Translations under genes and position numbers: made by a program
Source: a virus
Direction: 5' to 3' (one strand)
Virus record (IMG/VR): IMGVR_UViG_3300031227_000013
DNA: 64,000 bases
The notes under the pieces: generated by a model
Seen by the model: only the letters and a program-made list of their open reading frames with translations
What the model was told of the DNA's origin: nothing
Database searches by the model: none
Shown here: piece after piece, positions 54,630 to 62,838 of the stretch
How the letters are laid out: each line of letters begins with the position of its first letter
Position numbering within the stretch: position 1 is the stretch's first letter

Positions 54630-54811
54630 TTCTTTTCACCGTGTAACGTTTCTCTAATCTCTGTGGCTTTATTGTAGTCCTCTTCAGAATCTTCTCCACA
54701 TAATCTATCACGAATCACTTCAATAGCCATCATCATCTGTACCTTATTGATATATGACTGAGTGCCGAGTTCCTTCTTAAATGAATCAAGTAAATCAGAT
54801 ATTGTTTTCAT
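54626..54811 (-). CDS. Hypothetical protein
   Basis: 61 aa ORF. Confidence 0.5.
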   Translation of the reverse strand: MKTISDLLDSFKKELGTQSYINKVQMMMAIEVIRDRLCGEDSEEDYNKATEIRETLHGEKK

Positions 54812-55328
54812 TTCCCTCTCTTATATATACATTACATTCTCTGAGCATTTCCAGAGCAATAGTACAATCCTCTTTCCAACGCTCCGGTATTTCATTTTCA
54901 ACCGTAATAACTTCAACGATTCCAGCCTGAATAATAGCTCTGGCACAATCACAGCACGGTGGTAGACTATTGATGTAAATCTTACACCCTTTTAGTGTCA
55001 TCTCTGCATTATAAATAGCATTACGCTCAGCATGCTCAGTCCACTTATACTTCAATGGACGCTCATACCTCTTCGACATTATATCTGCCAAATGTTGCTT
55101 TACTGCAACTGTATCGACAGAACCATTCTTTTTTTTATGTAGCTTACAGAGCTGTATGTAGGCATCGTTGTCAACCTTATCAATAGCTCCGCGAGGAAAA
55201 CCATTGAAGCCGACACTTCGGACCTTGTTGTCCTGACTGACAATAACAGCCCCAACTTTGGTACTTAAGTCTTTCGACTTCTGTGCGATACAATCACACA
55301 TATTAATAAAAAGATGATCCCACTTCAT
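54795..55328 (-). CDS. dCMP deaminase
   Basis: SKDLSTKVGAVIV, VGFNGFPRG, HAERNAI, PCCDCARAIIQAGI; start placed at MKWDHLF after a GAAAGGA RBS. Confidence 0.9.
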   Translation of the reverse strand: MKWDHLFINMCDCIAQKSKDLSTKVGAVIVSQDNKVRSVGFNGFPRGAIDKVDNDAYIQLCKLHKKKNGSVDTVAVKQHLADIMSKRYERPLKYKWTEHAERNAIYNAEMTLKGCKIYINSLPPCCDCARAIIQAGIVEVITVENEIPERWKEDCTIALEMLRECNVYIREGNENNI

Positions 55329-55568
55329 ACTGTAATTCCTTTCTGTTAAATAAAATATGTTTATAATAGTAATGGTTATTGTTAGCTTTGGTTGGAAGCT
55401 TTTTTCACCCATAGCGTCTTGGTCAGTGATCTGATTATTTTTCTCATGATATCAGGAAACATATCAATCCTCTGTACTATAATCTCTTTTGACCATCTTC
55501 CAACTGCAAGTACCCAGAACAGTACCATCGGTAACATCTTTCGCCTCCTGCCTATTACAAACAAAAAA

Positions 55569-55677
55569 TGGCGAGTAGTGGCGGGATTTATTACCCGCGA
55601 TTCAGTGCCTCTGTTGTCAACCATCAGCAGACACCTTCCCTCCTTCTCAAGAGGAGCCTTTCTTGCATACACTACTC
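55569..55677 (-). tRNA. Atypical tRNA-Ser(UGA)-like gene with 8-bp acceptor stem, long variable arm and encoded CCA
   Basis: GAGTAGTG/CACTACTC+G+CCA; anticodon arm CTCCT-CTTGAGA-AGGAG; T arm GCGGG-TAATAAAT-CCCGC; collapsed D arm. Confidence 0.65.
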
Positions 55678-55683
55678 ATAAAA

Positions 55684-55771
55684 TGGACGGTGCAGGACTT
55701 GTCCGTTAGAACCTGGACTCACCTGCATTCTCCGGTTTAGAGGACCGGTGCTATTATCAGCCAGACCGTCC
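55684..55771 (-). tRNA. Atypical tRNA-Arg(UCU)-like gene with C33 and a hairpin inserted in the T loop
   Basis: GGACGGT/ACCGTCC acceptor; GCT/AGC D stem; CCGGT-CCTCTAA-ACCGG; GCAGG...CCTGC enclosing GTCC-AGGTTCTAAC-GGAC. Confidence 0.55.
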
Positions 55772-55781
55772 AAAAACTATA

Positions 55782-56342
55782 CTACTTCCTCGATTTTATT
55801 TTAACCTTGAATTTCGATGGGGTATTATCCGGCCTACACCAGCCCCCTGAACCATCAGGGACTACAGGGAATGGGAAGGTGGTTACTTTATGTTCCGTAT
55901 ATATCGGAGTAACACTCCCGTCACTCTGTACAAAGAGTACCCAGGTTCCATCTGTATTCTTAGAGGAGAATAAGCCATTCGGCTCCGCCTGTTCTATCAC
56001 AGCATCGGCAAGGTGTCTTCCACTATATTTTTGAAGCGGATTTGTCAGGCTTGTATCAACCGGTATCCCATATCCAATCGATACGCCATGAAACTTAGTC
56101 ATGCCTGTGATCGATTCGATGATGGTGTAGGTTGTATACGCCTTGGTTGTCACTACCTCGTAAATCTGGGTATAGACATCCCGTGGAATACTGTGGTCGA
56201 AGAACGGCAACGGGTGCACCTTTCCATACTGCCCCTGCTGCTTGTTAACCAGCTCCTGATCTTTAGCATCACTGCTTTTGTCGTCACACCCAGTTAGAAA
56301 GATAACCTGGATGATGAGTATTAACGCTATAAAACGTTTCAT
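55782..56342 (-). CDS. Putative lipoprotein
   Basis: Signal peptide with lipobox FLTGC. Confidence 0.7.
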   Translation of the reverse strand: MKRFIALILIIQVIFLTGCDDKSSDAKDQELVNKQQGQYGKVHPLPFFDHSIPRDVYTQIYEVVTTKAYTTYTIIESITGMTKFHGVSIGYGIPVDTSLTNPLQKYSGRHLADAVIEQAEPNGLFSSKNTDGTWVLFVQSDGSVTPIYTEHKVTTFPFPVVPDGSGGWCRPDNTPSKFKVKIKSRK

Positions 56343-56354
56343 AACTTTACTCCC

Positions 56355-56711
56355 TTATTCGTGATAGTTAATTATTTTTTGAACTTCTGACGGAATGTCT
56401 TTTCCATGCATCTTTTCTCGTTCGATCTTTAGTTTTTCGATGATACATACTTGTTGTGATTTTAGTGCTTCTATTAGTTTTTCAGAATCAGTTTTGGCTA
56501 TCTCAATTTCAAGTCTGTTATATTCAGACGCCAACTGCATCATCTGGGCTGTCTTACCCTCCTTGTAAGGCAACGATTCTTTAACTGCTTCGCGTTCCAG
56601 AGAATACACATACCTCTTGAGATACAGTGCTCCGAAGAACGTACCGACCATAACCGCAATAATTAATATAGCGGCTACACATAGACCAACTACTCGTAGA
56701 AAATTTGCCAC
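56355..56711 (-). CDS. Membrane-anchored coiled-coil protein
   Basis: N-terminal TM segment, then a helical domain; adjacent to the lipoprotein gene. Confidence 0.6.
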   Translation of the reverse strand: MANFLRVVGLCVAAILIIAVMVGTFFGALYLKRYVYSLEREAVKESLPYKEGKTAQMMQLASEYNRLEIEIAKTDSEKLIEALKSQQVCIIEKLKIEREKMHGKDIPSEVQKIINYHE

Positions 56712-56772
56712 TCTGTACTCCTTTGTTATTTTCCTTTTCTTATAAATGGTTACTGCTCTACCTGTCCAAAAT

Positions 56773-57009
56773 CTATTTCTCAGGTATTTCCCAGTTTACT
56801 ACCTTTGCTCTTGGCTTGGGGGTAATTATTTCGCCCTTAATAATAAGAAGTTTATCTTCCCAGTTCTCAGTGTCGCCGTCTCTTCCTTTTACATCTTTCA
56901 CAAACTCCGGTTCACCATACCGACCTTCATCTAGATTTTTCACTAACTCTTGTTCGGTTACTTCCTTAACAAATGTATCTCCTTCTGAAGTACTAACTAC
57001 ATATATCAT
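56773..57009 (-). CDS. Hypothetical acidic protein
   Basis: 78 aa ORF with GAAAGGA RBS. Confidence 0.55.
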   Translation of the reverse strand: MIYVVSTSEGDTFVKEVTEQELVKNLDEGRYGEPEFVKDVKGRDGDTENWEDKLLIIKGEIITPKPRAKVVNWEIPEK

Positions 57010-57111
57010 ATATCATATATCCTTTCTGGTTAATGGTTAAGATGGATGGGCAGCACTTACTTATATCTTTTCCGTTAGTTTAACGTTTTTAGAGACCACC
57101 CATCCAAAAAG

Positions 57112-58233
57112 TTATGAACTGTTAAACTCCTCTATGTTTTTTGAGTCATTACTCCTACTTATGAGTACGTTATCTATTCCCAATGTACTGGAAATAAATG
57201 TAATGAAGTCTGACTCATTATTACATCGTAGGAAACAACCTTTATAATAAAGACAATACTCCGACAGATGGTCGAGACATGTTACTACCAATGTCCGGGA
57301 ACCTGCGTTACGAATAACATCATCTTTATTAATAGCATACTCGAGCATAGACACATCGAGTATAGCTCTTCGAAACTCCCCCTGATACTTACCTGTTTGG
57401 TTTGTTTCCAGGGGGTCTGTCAATATATTATGTTTGATATCTTCCTTAGACATAAATCCGTTACCGTGCCTGGTCTGATAGGCTCTGGTTACCAGATATA
57501 TATGAAAGTCGGATGAACCTTGTATAGCGACAGCATTCTTACTTCCCGTGTTTGAACGTGTGACATTCGGGAAAAACCCAAAGTTCTGATCCAGTAGTAA
57601 TCCCTGTGACCCCTCGTAAATAGTAGAAGAATACTCAGGCATCTCGTGGACCAGTTTTATATCATCACATCTTGCTATCTTCTCACAGCTTTCATAGAAT
57701 GCAGTGAGAGAATATGTATCTCTTTTCTTAGTCATGTAATAATGTGCGATGAGACGAATTCTTTTTTTTAGAATCTCCGGATAGAACAAATCCATGAAAG
57801 TTAAGGAATAATGATCCTCTTCTCTCTGGAAAGTCTGCCCTACTCCAACACCACACGAACCATGCTTATTGACCTCTTCTGTTTCTCTGTTACTTCCTAT
57901 ATCATTAGGAGTAGTCACAGGACACTTGGCATCTATATAAATTACAGGCTTCAAACCTTTACTCTTAAGTAATTCATATTCTACCATCAAACCTACAGGC
58001 TCCACTGTACAATACTTAGACCAGTATGTAGGTAATCCCCTGAAAGTACCCGAACCGAAATTAGAGAATACATGTCTAAAATCCCCGGATACAACAGTAT
58101 GCCCAGCTTGGTGACCCCCTGAAAACCTAATGTTGAGGGCTTTAGTGGAAAACCAGGAATGAGCTAAGTAGTCTGTCACCAGACCCTTAGCTTCATCCCC
58201 TGCTCCCAGCCCCACGACGAGGCTACTGATCAC
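57112..58233 (-). CDS. Adenylosuccinate synthetase-like (PurA family) protein
   Basis: GLGAGDEAKG, RFSGGHQAGHT, GSCGVGVG, YEGSQGLLLD, PNVTRSNTG, TRAYQTRHGNG. Confidence 0.85.
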   Translation of the reverse strand: MISSLVVGLGAGDEAKGLVTDYLAHSWFSTKALNIRFSGGHQAGHTVVSGDFRHVFSNFGSGTFRGLPTYWSKYCTVEPVGLMVEYELLKSKGLKPVIYIDAKCPVTTPNDIGSNRETEEVNKHGSCGVGVGQTFQREEDHYSLTFMDLFYPEILKKRIRLIAHYYMTKKRDTYSLTAFYESCEKIARCDDIKLVHEMPEYSSTIYEGSQGLLLDQNFGFFPNVTRSNTGSKNAVAIQGSSDFHIYLVTRAYQTRHGNGFMSKEDIKHNILTDPLETNQTGKYQGEFRRAILDVSMLEYAINKDDVIRNAGSRTLVVTCLDHLSEYCLYYKGCFLRCNNESDFITFISSTLGIDNVLISRSNDSKNIEEFNSS

Positions 58234-59090
58234 AGGATAATTTCAGGTTCTGCAGTAGGTGCTGCTACAGGCGCTGAAAGAACTTCTTCAGCAACAGCCC
58301 CTTTACTGACAATACCACTTATAATAGAAGAGACATCATCCTTATTCTCCACTATTATTAGATTATCCTGCATCAGCTGTTTCCAGCGGTCTATAACAAT
58401 TTGTCTCGCACCGGAGGTTGTTTCCTTGATATGCAGATGATACACGTTATATGTTTTACGTGCTTCATCCAACAATTCAAGACTTGTGAAGCTTTCACAC
58501 TGCTTCAGCCCCATTATGGTCTTGATACTTCGGCTAGGGATATTGTCTAAGACATGTTCATCCCCGATTGTAAATAGAAACCCCTTCTTCTGGCGTTTCT
58601 CGAAACAGTCAAGAGCAGTATGCTTCGCAGCGAAATACCAAGCGAGCATATAACTCTCCCCATCGTTACCACCACCTCCGCCTTCGAGGTAGATAGTTGT
58701 CAGCCATTTGTCGAGCAGTTCATCACTCGATTCAAATTGACCGACTTGCAGAGGCGCTTGGTCGCACTCGTGATCTCCAATACCCAGAAAGAGTAGTTGA
58801 GGATCCTCGATACCGGACTTTATGATACTATCCATGATATCAGGTAAGCCTTGCTTTACCAGAGCGTGCGGGATAGATCCCATAGACCCTGTTACATCCA
58901 GAGCCAGTATAATGGGTACGCTGTTTGGATGTTCTTGTGAATCCCGAGACTCTCTCAGTTTTATTCCGCCTGGGTCCATTGCATTGTTAATAGACCTGCT
59001 CTGAAATAACTCCTGGGAAGACTTTGTTGTGTATCCCAGAGAAGCTGAGCGAGTCATCCTATTTCTTGTAGAATAACCTCCGCCACCCAT
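58230..59090 (-). CDS. vWA (MIDAS) domain protein
   Basis: LALDVTGSMG (DxTGS MIDAS motif), GGGGNDGESY, FTIGDE. Confidence 0.8.
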   Translation of the reverse strand: MGGGGYSTRNRMTRSASLGYTTKSSQELFQSRSINNAMDPGGIKLRESRDSQEHPNSVPIILALDVTGSMGSIPHALVKQGLPDIMDSIIKSGIEDPQLLFLGIGDHECDQAPLQVGQFESSDELLDKWLTTIYLEGGGGGNDGESYMLAWYFAAKHTALDCFEKRQKKGFLFTIGDEHVLDNIPSRSIKTIMGLKQCESFTSLELLDEARKTYNVYHLHIKETTSGARQIVIDRWKQLMQDNLIIVENKDDVSSIISGIVSKGAVAEEVLSAPVAAPTAEPEIIL

Positions 59091-59461
59091 TACTGACTCC
59101 CTCCAAACAGACTATTATATCTATCCTGAGCAATTCCGAGTTTGATCTCATCATTTCTGATTTTTACGCCTAACTCTATATCTTTAGCGCAAAACTCTGA
59201 AGAATCAAAGTCACTGGCAAGCACAAGACTCTGAGCTGTTGTAGGAGACAGATCCATCATGTTCTCCCGCTCCCTTTTCATTTTTCGTATGTTTATTTCG
59301 AGATCTTCAATAGTTCTCTTGTAGATTGTCTGAGTATCTTCGCTAATACTCTCAGCCCGATCTGCCCTTATTTGTTTATTATTCCTTTTTAAGGACTGTA
59401 TGAAAGCTCCCTCTGTCAGTGCTGCTCCTGTATCAGGTACTACGATTATTTCTTCTGGCAT
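59090..59461 (-). CDS. Coiled-coil hypothetical protein
   Basis: TAATG-coupled to the vWA gene. Confidence 0.6.
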   Translation of the reverse strand: MPEEIIVVPDTGAALTEGAFIQSLKRNNKQIRADRAESISEDTQTIYKRTIEDLEINIRKMKRERENMMDLSPTTAQSLVLASDFDSSEFCAKDIELGVKIRNDEIKLGIAQDRYNSLFGGSQ

Positions 59462-59494
59462 GTTACTTTCTCCTTGTTTGTTAAGGTTAATGTT

Positions 59495-59830
59495 TTATCT
59501 AGAATCCATTAAATATCGAAAACGATCTCTTTTAGAAGCAGTTTCAGGATCGTTTTCCGATATCATCCGGTGCCCCTGTGACAATCTTATTCCCCAACTC
59601 CCCATTTTTCCCGGAGGATCTGCGGAAGGTATTCCACCGTGTTTCCAGCAATATGAAACAGGGGTTTCCATATCATATGTCTTCTGGAAGGATTTGTTTT
59701 TCTTTAAGCACTCCATACAGAGTCTGCCCGTATATTTGTACTTAAGATAATTTGGGATGTGTTTATTACATTCCCCACAATACACCTCCCCTGGAATTTC
59801 CAGCTCAGTTACAGGCGAAATATTCTTCAT
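59495..59830 (-). CDS. Cys-rich hypothetical protein
   Basis: CGEC...CMEC...CWKH. Confidence 0.5.
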   Translation of the reverse strand: MKNISPVTELEIPGEVYCGECNKHIPNYLKYKYTGRLCMECLKKNKSFQKTYDMETPVSYCWKHGGIPSADPPGKMGSWGIRLSQGHRMISENDPETASKRDRFRYLMDSR

Positions 59831-59969
59831 CTAACCGCCCGTTGAGTACTAATCTCTCTATTTTGCTTTCACAACAGACCTCAGGTATTATCTGTAAAGG
59901 ACCTCTTTCGTCCTCTCTGCGTAACTTTGCTTCTTCCGGACTCACCATCAATTGTGTCGCCCATTCCAT
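59805..59969 (-). CDS. Small hypothetical protein (54 aa)
   Basis: Translated by hand: MEWATQLMVSPEEAKLRREDERG...; GAGGAG RBS. Confidence 0.45.
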   Translation of the reverse strand: MEWATQLMVSPEEAKLRREDERGPLQIIPEVCCESKIERLVLNGRLDEEYFACN

Positions 59970-59981
59970 AATCTTCTCCTC

Positions 59982-60278
59982 TTAATTAATTTGATTTTTA
60001 ACTTCTGTGATAAATATTAATGAAAACTCTCTGTTAGTCAGGTGGAACCAACTGAATATATCATCCTTCAGAAACATAACAGCAACACAGCCCTTCTTGG
60101 GTCTACATGCTAATCGTTCTGAAGGATGATATCCGATAGCATACTTTCTTAAAGTATGCTTTTTGTTTATTAAGTTACTTTCCCTGCAGACACATCCGAA
60201 CATAGCCCGGACATCGCACCGTCTCCAACGAAGCCAGTGAAAACTATCAGCAGGTATCAAGCTTAGCGATTCTGTCAT
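59982..60278 (-). CDS. Hypothetical protein
   Basis: 98 aa ORF. Confidence 0.5.
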   Translation of the reverse strand: MTESLSLIPADSFHWLRWRRCDVRAMFGCVCRESNLINKKHTLRKYAIGYHPSERLACRPKKGCVAVMFLKDDIFSWFHLTNREFSLIFITEVKNQIN

Positions 60279-60744
60279 ACATCACTTCCAAATCTTGATT
60301 TAGATTACCGCTGTATATCAACCTGCAGTATCTGAAATTTAAACCAATATCGTTACCCCTCTTAAAGAGGTCATCCACAATAGAAGGCTTTTTTGTCAGG
60401 ATAATTATTTCATCCCCTGAGAAACACCTGCCTATTATATTTGTCTCGATAAAGGGACTGAACAAATCCCTGAATTTTTCATTGACGTTAAGATATCCCC
60501 AAGTTGTATTAAGGATAGATACATCGAAGAAATCCATTAAAATGAGTTGATAGCCAAAGAAGTCTCCCCCTTCGGCTAGTTTATATTCAAACCCGTTCCG
60601 GGTAAGGATTCCGAAGGCTTTGTCCTGACATAGATTATCTATAAGATCCTTACAAACTTCGCACTCCACTATTAAGTTCCTCCACTTTATTTGAGTAGAA
60701 AATACACACATCGAGGCAGCTTTCCCGACATATACGATTCTCAA
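60247..60744 (-). CDS. Hypothetical protein (true start probably downstream of 60744)
   Basis: ORF whose 5' end overlaps the radical SAM gene. Confidence 0.45.
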   Translation of the reverse strand: MRIVYVGKAASMCVFSTQIKWRNLIVECEVCKDLIDNLCQDKAFGILTRNGFEYKLAEGGDFFGYQLILMDFFDVSILNTTWGYLNVNEKFRDLFSPFIETNIIGRCFSGDEIIILTKKPSIVDDLFKRGNDIGLNFRYCRLIYSGNLNQDLEVMYDRIAKLDTC

Positions 60745-61648
60745 TTGTTCTGTTTGCTTTAACCCATTCCAGACGCTCCCTGCGTATCTGGGTCATTGTC
60801 TTACCCTGAACAGTGCCTATGGGTTCAGCCCCTTCCCGCATAGCAATAATGCATGGGAAGTGATAGTTACCGGCAATCGCCATATCGTCCAGAGCTAACC
60901 AGCATCTGTCACAATCAGTATCCTTTATTCCCCTGACATTGTTATTATTACAATAATTTTCTACCCTATACTTGAGGATAGGGTAGTCTGTAATATTAAC
61001 TCCAGTGTCTAATAGAAGATTTTTTATATCTTCTTTAGAATTCCACTGTGCTGAGGATACTATTCTTATATCCTTAACTCCCAGAGAAGCCGCGAACTTG
61101 ATAATATCAAGAAGCTCTCCTAGATTATCCTCTGTCATTACCACCCCTACTGTTACATAGGTATGCTCCGACAGGAATTTGATATTCTCCTTTACGATAT
61201 CCCACGAGCCTTGTACACCTCCGGACATCATATCCCCCGTAGAAGCACAGCATGCATCCAGGGATATAGAGAAATCATTGACTCCGGCATTCAGCAGCTC
61301 TTCATATAGGGCTGTTTCTGCAGAACCGTTCGTTGAGATTGCTATCCTCCCCACTCCTCTAGCCCGAGTGTGTCTTACAAGCTTAGGAAGATACTCAACC
61401 ATAGTAGGTTCTCCACCGGAGAAACGAATATTCTTAAGTCGGTGAGAAGACCATAAGTCAACAACATGCTTGGCTTCCTCATCAGTCAATTCTCCCTTGG
61501 TGTATCCATTTGATCCCCTACAGTACGGACAGGAGAAATTACATTTGTCCGTTAACAAAAGCTCACATCTCCAGAGCGGGCTGTCTAAAGAAACATTTGC
61601 AGCCCTTCTATCCTCCAGAGTATAAAACCCAATCTCCTCCAGTTTCAT
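60650..61648 (-). CDS. Radical SAM protein (MoaA/NifB/PqqE-like)
   Basis: CNFSCPYC, RFSGGEPT, ISTNGS, SISLD. Confidence 0.85.
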   Translation of the reverse strand: MKLEEIGFYTLEDRRAANVSLDSPLWRCELLLTDKCNFSCPYCRGSNGYTKGELTDEEAKHVVDLWSSHRLKNIRFSGGEPTMVEYLPKLVRHTRARGVGRIAISTNGSAETALYEELLNAGVNDFSISLDACCASTGDMMSGGVQGSWDIVKENIKFLSEHTYVTVGVVMTEDNLGELLDIIKFAASLGVKDIRIVSSAQWNSKEDIKNLLLDTGVNITDYPILKYRVENYCNNNNVRGIKDTDCDRCWLALDDMAIAGNYHFPCIIAMREGAEPIGTVQGKTMTQIRRERLEWVKANRTIENRICRESCLDVCIFYSNKVEELNSGVRSL

Positions 61649-62034
61649 ACTTCTCCTTTTTGATTTAAATAATATTCAAATATTAATAATTTATCTCTTA
61701 ATCGATTTGCTTTTAGTTGCATAACTTTTGGTGTTCTATTTGAACGACAGTTTGTCAATATACAAGTATCACAAATATCACTATTAACATTGGAGCAATT
61801 ATTATTAATAAACTGCTCCATGAACTTATCTAGACAGGTACGGCAAGTATATTCCTCTGTCTGTATCCATGACCCCTTGTTATTTATCCAATCAAATGGC
61901 TTATCGCTTGCTTCCCAGCTGTATGCTATGTCCCCTGTTTGACCACACTTATTACAGGTCATATAATACGTGTGGTCAGATTCATCTAATATTCTCCATT
62001 CAATTTTTGGTGGTTTCATTACCCCTATTTTCAT
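61645..62034 (-). CDS. Cys-rich hypothetical protein
   Basis: Start placed at MKIGVMK after an AAGGAGG RBS; CNKC, CRTC and CDTC motifs. Confidence 0.55.
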   Translation of the reverse strand: MKIGVMKPPKIEWRILDESDHTYYMTCNKCGQTGDIAYSWEASDKPFDWINNKGSWIQTEEYTCRTCLDKFMEQFINNNCSNVNSDICDTCILTNCRSNRTPKVMQLKANRLRDKLLIFEYYLNQKGEV

Positions 62035-62049
62035 ACCCCCCCCCTCCTT

Positions 62050-62275
62050 TTTAAAGATTAAAGTAAAATAAATACCGCTGGATTCCCAGACGCATTTGGA
62101 CTGCACGACCTTCATATTCAGTGGGTTCCTATAGCGCCATAACTGAATAGATCCGGTATTTAAAGATTGAACGGCTTTACCCAGAGACCGAAAACTCCGT
62201 GACGCTACTTAGTCGACCTTTCGCGACATCCCGATTTAAGCATCGTTGAGAGGCTTAGGAGGTTAAAACCCTACG
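62050..62275 (-). ncRNA. Putative structured leader RNA/ncRNA
   Basis: Follows the promoter; multi-branch junction closed by AAATACCG/CGGTATTT with TATTCAGT/ACTGAATA, GCA/TGC and CTGG/CCAG stems. Confidence 0.5.
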
Positions 62276-62278
62276 TTA

Positions 62279-62313
62279 GTTATTATGCCAATAAACAGCC
62301 TTTAATTAAGCTA
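62279..62313 (-). promoter_or_regulatory. Conserved promoter (CTTAAT-N17-CATAAT)
   Basis: Motif copy. Confidence 0.75.
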
Positions 62314-62340
62314 AAAAGAGAGACGAGAGGTCTCTCTTTC
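62314..62340 (-). terminator. Intrinsic terminator
   Basis: AAAGAGAGAC-CTCTC-GTCTCTCTTT followed by TT. Confidence 0.8.
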
Positions 62341-62444
62341 CGGACCCCCGTTCGAAGGCCCTAAACACTAACAATTCAACTTTTCCGCTGTTCTCACATA
62401 CGGCTAGTATTCCCAGCGGAAAGGAACCTAACCTAGAAAACAAC

Positions 62445-62654
62445 CTAGGCTGTTTTCTGAATCTTCTTCATATCGGGAACACTTCTGGTCCCGACATTTA
62501 CGATAGCCCAGTAGTTCGGAAATCTCCGAACAAGCTTACGGACTTTACGTAATTTATTCTTCACTCGTTGGTTGCGGGAATTATATCCCATGTGAGAAGC
62601 CTTGCGCTTCTCTCTCCCTATCTTACGTGAGGAACCACCACTACTACCTGGCAT
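62445..62654 (-). CDS. Small highly basic protein
   Basis: R/K-rich 69 aa ORF with AAGGAG RBS. Confidence 0.55.
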   Translation of the reverse strand: MPGSSGGSSRKIGREKRKASHMGYNSRNQRVKNKLRKVRKLVRRFPNYWAIVNVGTRSVPDMKKIQKTA

Positions 62655-62666
62655 AAGTCTCCTTGG

Positions 62667-62828
62667 TTAAGGGGTTTCTGTAATTTCAGGCTCATCAACA
62701 GCCCGTCTATGCTCCAGCTCCTTATCTATAAGATAAAGACGCTCTTTACTTTTTTCGATAACATCTGCGGAATACTTAACTCTCAATCCCATAAGTTCCG
62801 CTACCGGCATTGCTTTTAAACTATTCAT
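62667..62828 (-). CDS. Small hypothetical protein (53 aa)
   Basis: Translated by hand: MNSLKAMPVAELMGLRVKYSADVIEK...; fills the gap between neighbours. Confidence 0.45.
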   Translation of the reverse strand: MNSLKAMPVAELMGLRVKYSADVIEKSKERLYLIDKELEHRRAVDEPEITETP

Positions 62829-62838
62829 ACTTGTTTCA

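Noticed and set aside
55382-55672. 96-aa ORF from the track
   Set aside because: It overlaps the tRNA-Ser-like gene, lacks an RBS and has no recognisable protein features
55684-55771. Amber suppressor/pyrrolysine tRNA (CTCTAAA) and TAG recoding
   Set aside because: Stem pairing places the loop as CCTCTAA (anticodon TCT). Long genes are intact under the standard code and TAG stops sit properly before the next gene (for example 3399 and 62839)
57112-58233. PurZ (2-aminoadenine, Z-genome) synthetase
   Set aside because: The catalytic loop is GDEAKG with the PurA-type Asp, not the Ser of PurZ (GSTGKG), and no dATPase/MazZ-like partners were seen in the window
62390-62410. Group II intron domain V (AGCCGTATG)
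   Set aside because: The 3' half of D5 and domain VI are missing, and there is no interrupted gene or maturase
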